Shown here: one piece after another, positions 33,427-43,739 of the stretch
Position numbering within the stretch: position 1 is the stretch's first letter
Layout: each line of letters begins with the position of its first letter
DNA from: Cladosporium halotolerans
Taxonomy: Eukaryota
Direction: 5' to 3'
Assembly (NCBI RefSeq): GCF_011745625.1
Contig: NW_027191509.1
Span: 1 to 64,000 of the forward strand
Length of the DNA stretch: 64,000 nt
Made by a program: the position numbers and the translations under genes
The notes under the pieces: model-generated
Told to the model about the DNA's origin: nothing
The model's database searches: none
What the model saw: the letters and a program-made list of their open reading frames with translations, nothing else

Positions 33427-35016
33427 CTAACCGAAAGGAAATCCACCACCAGGGAAGCCACCGCCGCCCTGAAATTTGAAGCCTCCACCTCCACCGCCAC
33501 CCTGCTGAAAGAAGAACCTCTGCCCTCCGCCGCCACCGAACGGCGAGCCCTGGAAGGGATTGCCGCCTTGGTTGGCAGTGGGATCATTGGGGTCGTCTCC
33601 ATTATCGAAGCGCTGCTTGAGCTCGGGATCGGAAAGGACCTCGTAAGCCTCGTTGATTGATGCCATCTTCTTCTGTGCCTCCTCCTCAGTGATCCCGTTT
33701 TGCCTGGCCTTGTCAGGATGGTGCTGCACGGTCAGCTTCCGGAAGGCACGCTTGATCTGTCTCTCGTCGGCATCCCGAGGCACGCCGAGCACCTTGTAGT
33801 AATCCTTTTGCTTGCTGCGCTTGAGGAGAGTGTGCGCTTTCTGGAGCAGTTCTTGCAACTTCTGAGAGTTGCCGTGAGCCTCCTTGGCTTCGTTCAGAGT
33901 TGAAATTGCAGGCTCGAACTCATCAGCATCAATTTGACGCTGGGCCTTGCTCAGCAGTGCAGGGAGACATTGCGGATTGTAGGTCAAGGCTTCGTCACAG
34001 TAGGCTTGAGCTTTCTTGAGGTTGTTCATTTCGGTGTAGGCTTCACATGTGCGCTCGACGAGGTTGCCGTAGAGACCGTCAGGCGCTGTCTTGTGAATGT
34101 AACCAGCCTCACGCCAGGTAGCAATGTCATCTTTGACTTCTTGTAGTAGGCCAGCTTCGTCAGACTGCGGGACCAGCAGTTTGACGGCGGAAGCGAATTG
34201 ACGCTTCTCCACGAATTGATTGAACTTCTTGAGTGTGCGATCGATGGCCTTTTCGGATTTACGCAGCTTCGCGCAGGCTTTGTTGTCGGGATCGTTGTGC
34301 AGGCATTTCGAGATGGCGGTGATACCCTTGTCGGTTTCGCCGAGGGAGTAAAAAGTCATTGCCGAGATCTGAAGGGACGGTTCTGTGTTACCTGTGTTGA
34401 TCTGAAGAACGTGGTTCAGGTCTGCCACACCCTCCATGATCTCTCCCCTCTCAAAGCGACACCTCGCTCTTCGCTGCCGCAGCTCTAAGGCACCAGCGGC
34501 CACTGAGATAGCCGTTCCAGATTGTGACACACACGCCTCCCAATCTTGCGCCTTCTCAGCGTCGCCGGCCAACTTGGCGGCGCCTTCAGCCTCATCCAAA
34601 TCCGCGAGCTCCTGGCCGCCCTGCTTCTGTGCAGCGATATAATCCTTCCTCGCGGCGTCCCACTCGGCAGCTCTTGCCCTCAGCTTAGCGCGCTGCATCA
34701 ATGCGCCCTCGAAGCCGGGCTTGAGGACCAGCACCTGGTCGAAGTCGCGAGTCGCTTGTGCATTGCGGCCAATGGACAAGTATGCGGCGCCACGTTGAAA
34801 GATGGTGAGGTAGTTGCTGGGATCTTTGTGGATGGCTGCGTCGAAGTAGGTCAAGGCATCTTGGGGGTTGCCTTGTGCGAGGTTCACTTTGGCGCTAGAG
34901 ATGAGCTGGGAGACTGGCGTGTCGGTAGGAATGTCGGAGGCAGAGAGAGCGACGGCGAGTTGTGGTCCGGTCAGACATATGGCGCCCAGGGCCAGCAGCG
35001 AAGACCGGAGGACCAT
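33427..35016 (-). CDS. ER-luminal TPR + J-domain co-chaperone (DNAJC3/P58IPK/Jem1-type), 529 aa
   Basis: N-terminal signal peptide, multiple TPRs (ALTYFDAAIHKDPSNYLTIFQRGAAYL), J domain KDYYKVLGV...HHPDK...INEAYEVLSDPE, and a G/F-rich tail. Confidence 0.92.
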   Translation of the reverse strand: MVLRSSLLALGAICLTGPQLAVALSASDIPTDTPVSQLISSAKVNLAQGNPQDALTYFDAAIHKDPSNYLTIFQRGAAYLSIGRNAQATRDFDQVLVLKPGFEGALMQRAKLRARAAEWDAARKDYIAAQKQGGQELADLDEAEGAAKLAGDAEKAQDWEACVSQSGTAISVAAGALELRQRRARCRFERGEIMEGVADLNHVLQINTGNTEPSLQISAMTFYSLGETDKGITAISKCLHNDPDNKACAKLRKSEKAIDRTLKKFNQFVEKRQFASAVKLLVPQSDEAGLLQEVKDDIATWREAGYIHKTAPDGLYGNLVERTCEAYTEMNNLKKAQAYCDEALTYNPQCLPALLSKAQRQIDADEFEPAISTLNEAKEAHGNSQKLQELLQKAHTLLKRSKQKDYYKVLGVPRDADERQIKRAFRKLTVQHHPDKARQNGITEEEAQKKMASINEAYEVLSDPELKQRFDNGDDPNDPTANQGGNPFQGSPFGGGGGQRFFFQQGGGGGGGFKFQGGGGFPGGGFPFG

Positions 35017-35583
35017 GGTGCACGCTATTGCGCAGGCGCAATGGGAGGCGTGGAAGAGTAGGCGGGGTACGTGTGGAGAGGGTTGGGATATAAAGAATGG
35101 TTGTCTCGAAGACTCAAGGACATCTGGCCGAGTCGATGCGGCTGCGGCTTACCCCAGACTTTCGGCAGGGACCACCGCGAACGGCCGAGACTGATGGAGA
35201 AGGCAGATGCAGAGGTGCAGGTGAGCCGAGGCTGCCATGCTGCGCCGCCAGCATGACGTCTCGCGGTGCGCGGACCATGATCAACCACCAAGGCACGCCT
35301 CAACCAGCGAACCTTCGTGTATGTGGAACAATTGCTGAATTTTGCGCTGCGTACACTCACGAAGAAGCATTGCATTTCATTCTACTCATTTTCCTTAACT
35401 CTGGAAGCGGACTGAGACTGGAACACGTTCGCCTATCGTACGGGCTCGACTTCGGTGTCACATGCACCTGCGATAACACCAGATATACGAGCCAACCCGG
35501 GGTCCCCACTAGTACATCTGAATTAACCCAACGCTGGCTCAGATTATTGCCTTCTTCTTCTGATCTTGCACATCTCAGCTGCC

Positions 35584-37881
35584 ATGGCTCCCGTACGCAT
35601 CCGTGTCGACGGCACCACCTTCCGCGATACCCAGAACCGCGAGATCAACCTGCACGGCATCAACGTCGCAGGCGACACGAAGCTTCCTGCGCATCCGGAC
35701 ATCCCTTCACATCGCAAAGACGGCTTCTTTGAGGGCGACACCGTTTCTTTTGTCGACAGACCATTCAGTATCGAGGAAGCACACACCCACTTCTCACGAT
35801 TAAAACGCTGGGGATACAACACAATCCGCTACCTTTTCACCTGGGAAGCTCTGGAGCATGCTGGACCTGGGAAGTATGATGAGGAATACATTGAGCACAC
35901 GATCAAGCTGTTGCGGATAGCGAAGGGGTATGGATTCTACGTCTTCATGGATCCTCACCAAGATGTCTGGTCACGATTTACTGGAGGTTCGGGCGCCCCG
36001 ATGTGGACTGTTTACGCCTGTGGGTTAGATCCGAAGAAGCTTCATGCAACGCAAGCCTCGCTCGTACAAAACAATTGGGATGATCCCGCCAACTTCCCAA
36101 AGATGATATGGGCGACCAACTATACACGGCTGGCCTGCCAGGCGATCTTTACCATGTTCTTCGCTGGCAAGGATTTCGCTCCCAAATGTGTGATTGACGG
36201 CGTGAACATCCAAGATTACCTTCAAGACCACTTTGTCGCTGCTTGCAAGCACTTGGCTCAACGCATCCATGAAGCGGGAGACCTGGAAGGAGAAGTTGTT
36301 ATCGGATACGAGACTATAAATGAGCCCAACAAAGGCATGATCGGCCACCCCAATCTCGATGAGGTCCCTGAAGAGCAGAGGTTGAAGAAGGGTACAACAC
36401 CAACAGCATTCCAGTCTATGCTTGCCGGTTCCGGTAAACCTGTGGAAGTACCGACCTGGGATTTTGGCGGCCTTGGGCCGTACAAAAGCGGCACTGAGCT
36501 CATTGACCCTCAGGGTACTACCGCATGGCTAGATCCACAGACTTGGGACGACTCGAAATACGGCTGGAAGCGCGCAGAGAGCTGGAAGCTCGGCGAGGAT
36601 ATTTGGGCACAGCATGGTGTCTGGAATCCAGACAACGATGAGCTGAAGCAGCCACAGTACTTCCTCAAACACCCTTCATCAGGCGAAACAATCGACGAGC
36701 AGTTCTACATTAATCACTACTTTATGGATCATTATCGCAGATACAAGAAGGCTATCCGTGACGTCTGGTCTGATGCGATCATGTTCATGCAGCCTTGCCC
36801 GTTTGAGATTCCTCCGAAAATCAAGGGCACCAAAGACGACGATCCCAATCTCGTCTTCGCCTCACACTTTTACGATGGAATCACACTGATCACGAAGAAA
36901 TGGAACCGATACTGGAATGTTGATGTTTTGGGTGTTCTCAGAGGCCGCTACTCGTCTCCGGCTTTTGCCTTGAAGATCGGTGAGAATGCTGTCCGTAACT
37001 GCTTCCGAGACCAGCTCTCAGCCATTCGACAAGAGGGTCTGGACTACATGGGCGACCACCCTTGCATTTTCACCGAGATCGGTATCCCCTACGACATGGA
37101 CGACAAAAAAGCCTACGAAACCGGCAACTACTTCTCTCAATCCCTCGCAGTCGACGCCAACCACTACGCCGTCGAGGCAAGCAAAGCCAACGGCATGACA
37201 TGGTGGCTCTACACCGTGGGCAACAACCACTACTGGGGCGACAACTGGAACGGCGAAGACCTCAGCATCTACTGCCCCGAAGACAAGCAAGTCCCCACCT
37301 CACCCCAAGCCGCATCAACAAGCGACCTCGCGGACCAACAATCCCTCGAAAACGAACCCCGCCGCTCATCCCGCGTCGGCCCCAACAACCTCCAAAAGAC
37401 CCTCTCCGTCGACTCCATGAGCCCGCCCTCCTCCGCCGCGGCCGCCTCCGCCCGCGACTCCGCCGGCTACCGCGCCGCAGAAGCCTTCATCCGGCCCTAC
37501 CCCATCGCCACGCACGGCAAAGTGACCTCCAACAACTTCGACCTCAAAAACTCGATCTTCAAATTCACCCTCACGGCCTCCTCGCCTACGCCGCAAGATT
37601 TCCCCACCGAGGTCTTCCTGCCCAACTTCCACTTCCCGACCCAGCAGACGCAGGTCGAGGTCAGTGGCGGGAAGTGGACGATTGGGCTCCGCGAGACGGG
37701 CGGAATTGATGGCGCGGAGCAGCAGGTTCTGCGCTGGTGGCATGGCGAGGGCGAGCAGGAGATTACGGTCAAGGGTGTTAAGAGACAGAGGGGCGCGGGC
37801 GAGTTGGGCGCCGAGCAGGAGGAGGATGATGGGTATTTGAAGCAGTATTTGGAGATGGGGAAGCAATGTGCTGTTATGTGA
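35584..37881 (+). CDS. GH5 (subfamily 12-like) endoglycoceramidase-related / steryl-beta-glucosidase (Egh1/EGCrP-type), 765 aa
   Basis: TWEALEHAGPGKYD, MDPHQDVWSRFTGGSGAP, acid/base ETINEP, nucleophile TEIGIPYDM, WGDNWNGEDLSI. C-terminal beta-sandwich; ends in CAVM. Confidence 0.88.
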   Translation: MAPVRIRVDGTTFRDTQNREINLHGINVAGDTKLPAHPDIPSHRKDGFFEGDTVSFVDRPFSIEEAHTHFSRLKRWGYNTIRYLFTWEALEHAGPGKYDEEYIEHTIKLLRIAKGYGFYVFMDPHQDVWSRFTGGSGAPMWTVYACGLDPKKLHATQASLVQNNWDDPANFPKMIWATNYTRLACQAIFTMFFAGKDFAPKCVIDGVNIQDYLQDHFVAACKHLAQRIHEAGDLEGEVVIGYETINEPNKGMIGHPNLDEVPEEQRLKKGTTPTAFQSMLAGSGKPVEVPTWDFGGLGPYKSGTELIDPQGTTAWLDPQTWDDSKYGWKRAESWKLGEDIWAQHGVWNPDNDELKQPQYFLKHPSSGETIDEQFYINHYFMDHYRRYKKAIRDVWSDAIMFMQPCPFEIPPKIKGTKDDDPNLVFASHFYDGITLITKKWNRYWNVDVLGVLRGRYSSPAFALKIGENAVRNCFRDQLSAIRQEGLDYMGDHPCIFTEIGIPYDMDDKKAYETGNYFSQSLAVDANHYAVEASKANGMTWWLYTVGNNHYWGDNWNGEDLSIYCPEDKQVPTSPQAASTSDLADQQSLENEPRRSSRVGPNNLQKTLSVDSMSPPSSAAAASARDSAGYRAAEAFIRPYPIATHGKVTSNNFDLKNSIFKFTLTASSPTPQDFPTEVFLPNFHFPTQQTQVEVSGGKWTIGLRETGGIDGAEQQVLRWWHGEGEQEITVKGVKRQRGAGELGAEQEEDDGYLKQYLEMGKQCAVM

Positions 37882-38221
37882 AGGCCTGGTGGGTGAGATC
37901 GCGGACATTGAATGGATTTGCGCGCGTGCGTCTGCCCTTTTTCTCCTTCGTGCATGGTATTGATCAGCGGTGCATGCATACGAGTGTCATTCCATGAAAA
38001 GTTCCAAATTCATCCGGTCTCAATGTTTCAGTCTCCCCATTTCTCACTTTTCTCAAGGCCACATTTCGTATGCTGACGTCTCTGGTGACAAGATAATACA
38101 CCAAATATTGCAGCATCAGAAAATGCATTCATCTCTATCGTCAACGTATATATTTCGCTTCATCTATGCACATGACCCATACATGCTGCTCCGCTCAAAC
38201 ACCAAAATGTCGACCGCCACA

Positions 38222-39271
38222 TCAACCCTCGCCAAAATCTCCATGACCCGTTCCACGCGCATGCTGCACAGCCCACTGCTGCCCCGTCCCGCTCTGCCCA
38301 CACTGGTTACACTTAATCGTAAACCCATGCGTGTCAGTATAATAGTGCCTACCCTGCAGCACCTTGCACAGCTCCCTCGCCGCCTCCAGCGCCCCACCAT
38401 CCATCTCCTCCTCGCCCGTCCGCACAACATCGAACACTTTGCGGTCGAACTCCGGCTCCGCACCACTATACGGCGTCACCGCGCACACATCGTAGTGAAT
38501 CCCCGAGTAAACCAGCACACACCTCGTCGGCCGGCCCTCGTTGAACCGGTCGACGCGCAAATCCTGCACGTTGATCGACGCGATCTCGATGTCGAAGTGC
38601 TGGCTCAGGATCGCGAGCTCGATCCCGCCGCCCCAGGAGTCCTCGCGCGTGATCCACGCGCAGTAATCTGAGGGGTCTTTCTCCAGTACGGCGGCGGAGT
38701 AGAGATCCGGGTTGGCCTGGATGGTCTGCGCGACGACGCTGCGCAGCTCGGTCATGCCGTCGAGCGCGGAGCCGAGGACGGCGGAGGAGAGCGCGCGGAA
38801 CAGGCAGCTGTTGTCGTCGGGCATGACGCGTAGGACCATGGCGCCGTCGAGGAGGGGGACGGGGATCTCGGGCGTGTCGGATTCGAGGGAGGGGGTTTGC
38901 TTGCGGGTGAGGTTGAGGGGTTGGGAGGGGAAGTCGCCGGGTTGGTGGGCCGGGGGGTTGAGTTGGTTGCGGGTGGGGAGGGAGGCGGGGGGTTGGTGTT
39001 GGGTGCTGGGGACGGGGTTGGATAGCGAAGCTTGGATGTTGTGAGGGACGACGGTTAGCTGCTCGCCGTTAAGGTTGACTTCTAGGGAGGAGAGGGTGGT
39101 GGCGGCATCGATGCTTTCGGTGTTGAGCGGTTTAGGCGGGTAGCCGTATTTGATGTCGAACTCTGGGACGGACGTCGATTCCGCGATTTTGGATTTAAGC
39201 TCGCCCCAAGTTGCTGTGTCTTCTAGAGAAATAGTTGCGACGCCTTGAGGGCCTCTCACTCGGACGCGCAT
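38222..39271 (-). CDS. OTU1: OTU-domain deubiquitinase Otu1/YOD1, 349 aa
   Basis: N-terminal UBX/UBL-like region (DIKYGYPPKPL), catalytic MPDDNSCLFRA, WGGGIE and YSGIHYD, and a C-terminal C2H2 finger (CNQC...HARGTGH). Confidence 0.94.
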   Translation of the reverse strand: MRVRVRGPQGVATISLEDTATWGELKSKIAESTSVPEFDIKYGYPPKPLNTESIDAATTLSSLEVNLNGEQLTVVPHNIQASLSNPVPSTQHQPPASLPTRNQLNPPAHQPGDFPSQPLNLTRKQTPSLESDTPEIPVPLLDGAMVLRVMPDDNSCLFRALSSAVLGSALDGMTELRSVVAQTIQANPDLYSAAVLEKDPSDYCAWITREDSWGGGIELAILSQHFDIEIASINVQDLRVDRFNEGRPTRCVLVYSGIHYDVCAVTPYSGAEPEFDRKVFDVVRTGEEEMDGGALEAARELCKVLQGRHYYTDTHGFTIKCNQCGQSGTGQQWAVQHARGTGHGDFGEG

Positions 39272-39859
39272 CTTGCTAGTCTGTTGAGTTGTAATCGATT
39301 GTTGATCGTCTGTTATGATCCCGGAGATAATTCCTGCTCAATATCGTATCCAGATTTATGTTCTTATATTGGTCGTTTGCTGCAGAAGAATGGCAATTCC
39401 AGCGCCGTCGCTGTTTTCGCTTGCGTCGTACAGATCACGTGCTGATATCAGATGGCAGAGTGTGAGTTTGTCCAATTTTCTGCGGATCGTCAGAACCTTT
39501 GCTATGCTCGTGAGCTAACCAATGGTCCAGATGTGGTGAAATTTGGTCCTGAAAGGTCGGGTATGCTTCTTTGACGGCCAACACAAGTGTCGTCTCGCAA
39601 GTGAGGGTAGATATGACCGCATTGAGCGACCCGCCACAGCAGCGCGCCCCACACCTCGGCCAGCAACCGCAGAGCCTCACTCCCGTCGCTCCCGCAAGCT
39701 TGGCAAGGCGCAAGCTCGCTTCAAGGCAAGGGTTCAGCGCCAGCAGCTTGAGGCGCGTCGCAACGTCGAAACGTCCAGCATTCGTCTAGCCCCAGAACAC
39801 CACGAGACGCTTCATCACGTCGCATTGCGCGCGCACTCACCCCACGCCGCGTCGCAAAC

Positions 39860-42485
39860 ATGGTGTCTACCAAGAAACGCGACAAGAGCCCCAGCGCTAC
39901 GCCCGTGCCTTCGACTGAGGCGGCGCAAAACGATGGATCTTCGGTGCCGGACGCGCAATGGGAGGGCATGCAGAAGGTGTTGAATGCGATCTATGACTAC
40001 AGAACGGATGAGTGCGTCTTTGACAGTGCACGTTGTGAGTGTAGGACTTCTATACTGACACCGTGATAGTGACTTCGATCCTTCACAATTGTTCCACCGT
40101 CTAGTCAACAAGCGCGTCATTCCCGAATACTACGAAACGATCAAAGAGCCTGTCGCATTGTCTACGATCAAGAAGAAGATCAGTCAGCGTGCTTACAGCA
40201 ACATCCGCGAGTTCGTGCGCGACTTTGCACTCATTCCATACAATGCTCAGGTCTTCAACCGGCCAGACAGCGGCGCGTTTCAGGATGCCTTGGTTGTGAA
40301 AGCGCAGCTGGAGAAACAACTCCAAGGTCTGGTGGATGAGGGGATCATGACCAAGGAGGATGCAGTGCTGCCGGACTTGGGCGAAATTCCAACCTACGAG
40401 GACCCTCCTGCGGAGGAAGCGGATGAGGAAGAAGATGAGTCTGACGACGAAGGAGAGGAAGACGAAGATGATGAGGACGAGGAAGGTGGAAAGAAGAAGC
40501 GTAGAGGTCCACGGGGCTCATCAAGCGCAAAACGCGATGGAGGCGACGACGACGGCAAGAAGGCGAGAGGCAGGCCACCTAAGCTTCTGACGCCGATGGA
40601 GGCGCGCATACTGTCCATCCTGAAGGGCATTCGCAAACCGAAAAACAAGGAGGGTCAGCTCATGATTAGAGATTTTGACCGCCTTCCTGACAAGGCCACT
40701 ATGCCGGAATACTATCTGGAGATCAAGAACCCAATGGCCTACGATGTGCTGAAGCGCAAGGTCAAGCGCAAAAAGTACAAATCGCTGGAAGAATTCATGA
40801 CGGACGTCAATGTCATGTTCAACAATGCAAAGGAGTACAACACCGACGATTCGGAAATCTTCCAGCACGCGATGGCATTACAAGTCGAGGCAGGCCGTTT
40901 GTACGACATCGAGAAGGCGAAATCCGATACCGACTTTGCGGACGAAGAAGGCAAGATCCCGATTCCCGACGGCATTCTTCACAATGGAGAGCTATACAAG
41001 GTTGGCGACTGGGTGCACATTCAAAACCCGAATGACCTCACAAAACCTATTCCGGCACAAATATACCGGACGTACCGCAGCCAGGAAGGACAGTCGATGG
41101 TGAATGTTTGCTGGTACTATCGACCCGAACAAACTGTCCACAGATTCGATAAGCATTTCCTTGCCAACGAAGTTGTGAAAACTGGACGTTACAGAGATCA
41201 CTCGATCGAGGAAGTTGAGGGAAGATGCTTTGTGATGTTCACAACACGATACTTCAAGGGGCGACCGCGTGGCTTATCTCCGGACATAGAAATCTACGTC
41301 TGCGAGGCCAGGTACAACGAGGAACGACACCAATTCAACAAGATCAAGACTTGGGCGAGCTGCTTGCCCGACGAGGTTCGCGACAAGGATTACGAGATGG
41401 ACTTGTTCGACCACCCCAAGAAGATGAAGAAGTTTCCGTCGCCCATCGCGTACTTGCTTAAGGACGAGCAGACCGAGGATGAGGAGCTCCCGAAGCCCAC
41501 ATGGGGCGCAGAAAGCGCGCCGCCCAAGATCGGTGCAGTTCACAAGCGGCCACGAGGTGAGAAAGACTCTCCACCACCAGAGCCAACACCTCCTCCGCCT
41601 CCAAAGATGCCCACGCCTCCGCCCAGGCAGCCCTCACAGCCTGCACCGACTTACCAGCAATCACCCGCCGCCCAACCTCAGCCCACCCCGAGGCAGCCTT
41701 CCATTGGCGCAAGACCCTCGTACGGCGCATCTCACCCTCAGTCATACACCCAACCTGCATCAGCGTCACCGGCACCAGTCCGCCCCCCTTCAGTCCAACC
41801 CAGTCTCCCACCCTCAACGCCGCAGCAAGTCCCGGCGAGACCCCAGCTGCAACAAGGCCATTCATCATACACCTCCCAGCCCGGCCAAGCCGGCATGCAA
41901 CCCACCCCCTCAGCCTACGCGCCCCGGCCCCCAACCGCCACAGGCTCCTACCGCGACCCCCCAGCCATCGAAACCTACATCCTGCCCGACCAAGCCAACC
42001 TCTCGATCCCCTACGAGATCCGCGAGCGCTTCCAGCGCGACGAGCTCGGCCGCGTGCTCTTCTTCACCGCCCCGCCCACCGTCCCCGACGAGCCCACGGG
42101 CAGCGCAAAGGCGCACAGCGTGCGCTACTTGGCGGCCAAAGCCCGCAAGGAGGACTCGCTGCGGCAGAAGCGCAAAGCGCTCGAGCTGGAGAAGCAGGCT
42201 GATGAGCGCGCGGCGAAGAAGGCGAGGGTCGAGCAGGCAGAGCAGGCGAGCCGCGATGTTGAGGCGATGAGAAGGCGGGCGCTGAGGGAGCTTGAGGCGC
42301 AGCTTGCGACTTCGGTGGAGCGGGAGCTGGATGATGGGGATCTGGCGCGGTTGGGTGAGGCGCAGAGGGCTGCGGAGAGGCAGCAATTAACTATGCTCGA
42401 GCATGAGAAACAGAGGGTTGAGAGCCGTAAGGTGCAAGTCGATAGCTCGGTTTTCGCGGACGATTGGGATGTCCGTATGTCTTGA
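39860..42485 (+). CDS. RSC1: RSC chromatin-remodelling subunit Rsc1/Rsc2 (2 bromodomains + BAH), ~855 aa; intron 40012-40069
   Basis: Bromodomains (PEYYETIKEPVAL...NAQVFN; PEYYLEIKNPM...NAKEYN), AT-hook RGRPPK, and BAH domain (YKVGDWVHI...CWYYRPEQTVH...YVCEARY). Confidence 0.92.
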
Positions 42486-43739
42486 GACGGGACATGTGCG
42501 GGCGTCTTGCCGGTGCTTGCCTTTCAGGATGCCACTAGCATCTAAGCGATCTCCGCTGTAGTTTTACTTATACCCATACCAATTGAACGAACCAACCACA
42601 ACGAGCCTTCTTAAGCGTGCGAATGCATTTCACATTATTGATATTCGTCGATCTACATGCGATGTCCGTTCAACCCAAGGCAGCACCATATCACTCGAAT
42701 CTTACACCATTGCGTCTGTTGTGCGCATACCGTATCTCAGATTGTCCTCACGACTTGGCCTCCCACCACCGCCATCACCGCCAGTGGAACCTCCTTGCCT
42801 TGACAATCCCCGCCCCTCTGCTCAAACGACCACCGGCGGGACCTCACATCTCAACCTCCCCCCTCCCAAGCCCCACCATCCACCATCCAAACCCGAGTCA
42901 TCACCCCTCCCCTCCACCCACCCCTGCAACCCAAACCGCCGCCGCAGCCCCAAGCGAGCGCCCCGCGGCCCGGGAAACCCACCCACCACTTTCACAGCCG
43001 CAGACGCAGCGCGCTCACCATCCAAGGATCAGGAACTCGCTACTCTAACCGGGGCAAGCGAGCGAGAAAATGCGGCGCCGCGTATCCGCGCTGGTGTTCG
43101 CGACGAGCGCTCGCCTGCGCTTGGCGGCCTGCGTCTCGCTACCGCTGCGGCTGCGGCTGCATACCCTTGCGGACATCAGCGTTCGCGTCGAAGCGCTGTG
43201 CAGTACAGAAATTGGAATGGTTGTGGGTAGGCGAGGGCTGGCGGGAGTGGCGTTCGACGTTTGCGGGAAGTGGAGTTCGTTGTCGGGGGAGGGTTCCGAT
43301 GGGGATGGGGAGGGTTATTTTGGGGGCTGATTGTTTTTGGATGTATTTATTATTAGGTTGTTGATTTGGAAGGGCTGTGGGTTGGGGGTTGTGGGTGGAG
43401 ATGAGATTGAGATTGTTCGTGCTACGTGCGTATGGTGGTGTTCGCGAGGTGATGCGCCCTATGTGCGGTTGCGATTTGGGATGGGGTGGAGAGGTAAGGG
43501 CTGTCAGCTTGGGGAGGTGAGGGTTGCGAGGGTTGAGGCCTGGGAGGCGAGATGTCAGATTAGAAAGATAGAGCGCGATACATGTAGTTGAAGGGACCGT
43601 TGGCGAAGTCAATCTGATAGCATGATGTATTGTTTTATTAGAGAAAAGTAGTGCTAGGAATTGGTAGTCTGATCAGGTATCGTGGTACCAGACGTCGACC
43701 CCAAGATGCGAATGCCTCGAGATCAGGTTCGTAGGTAAA

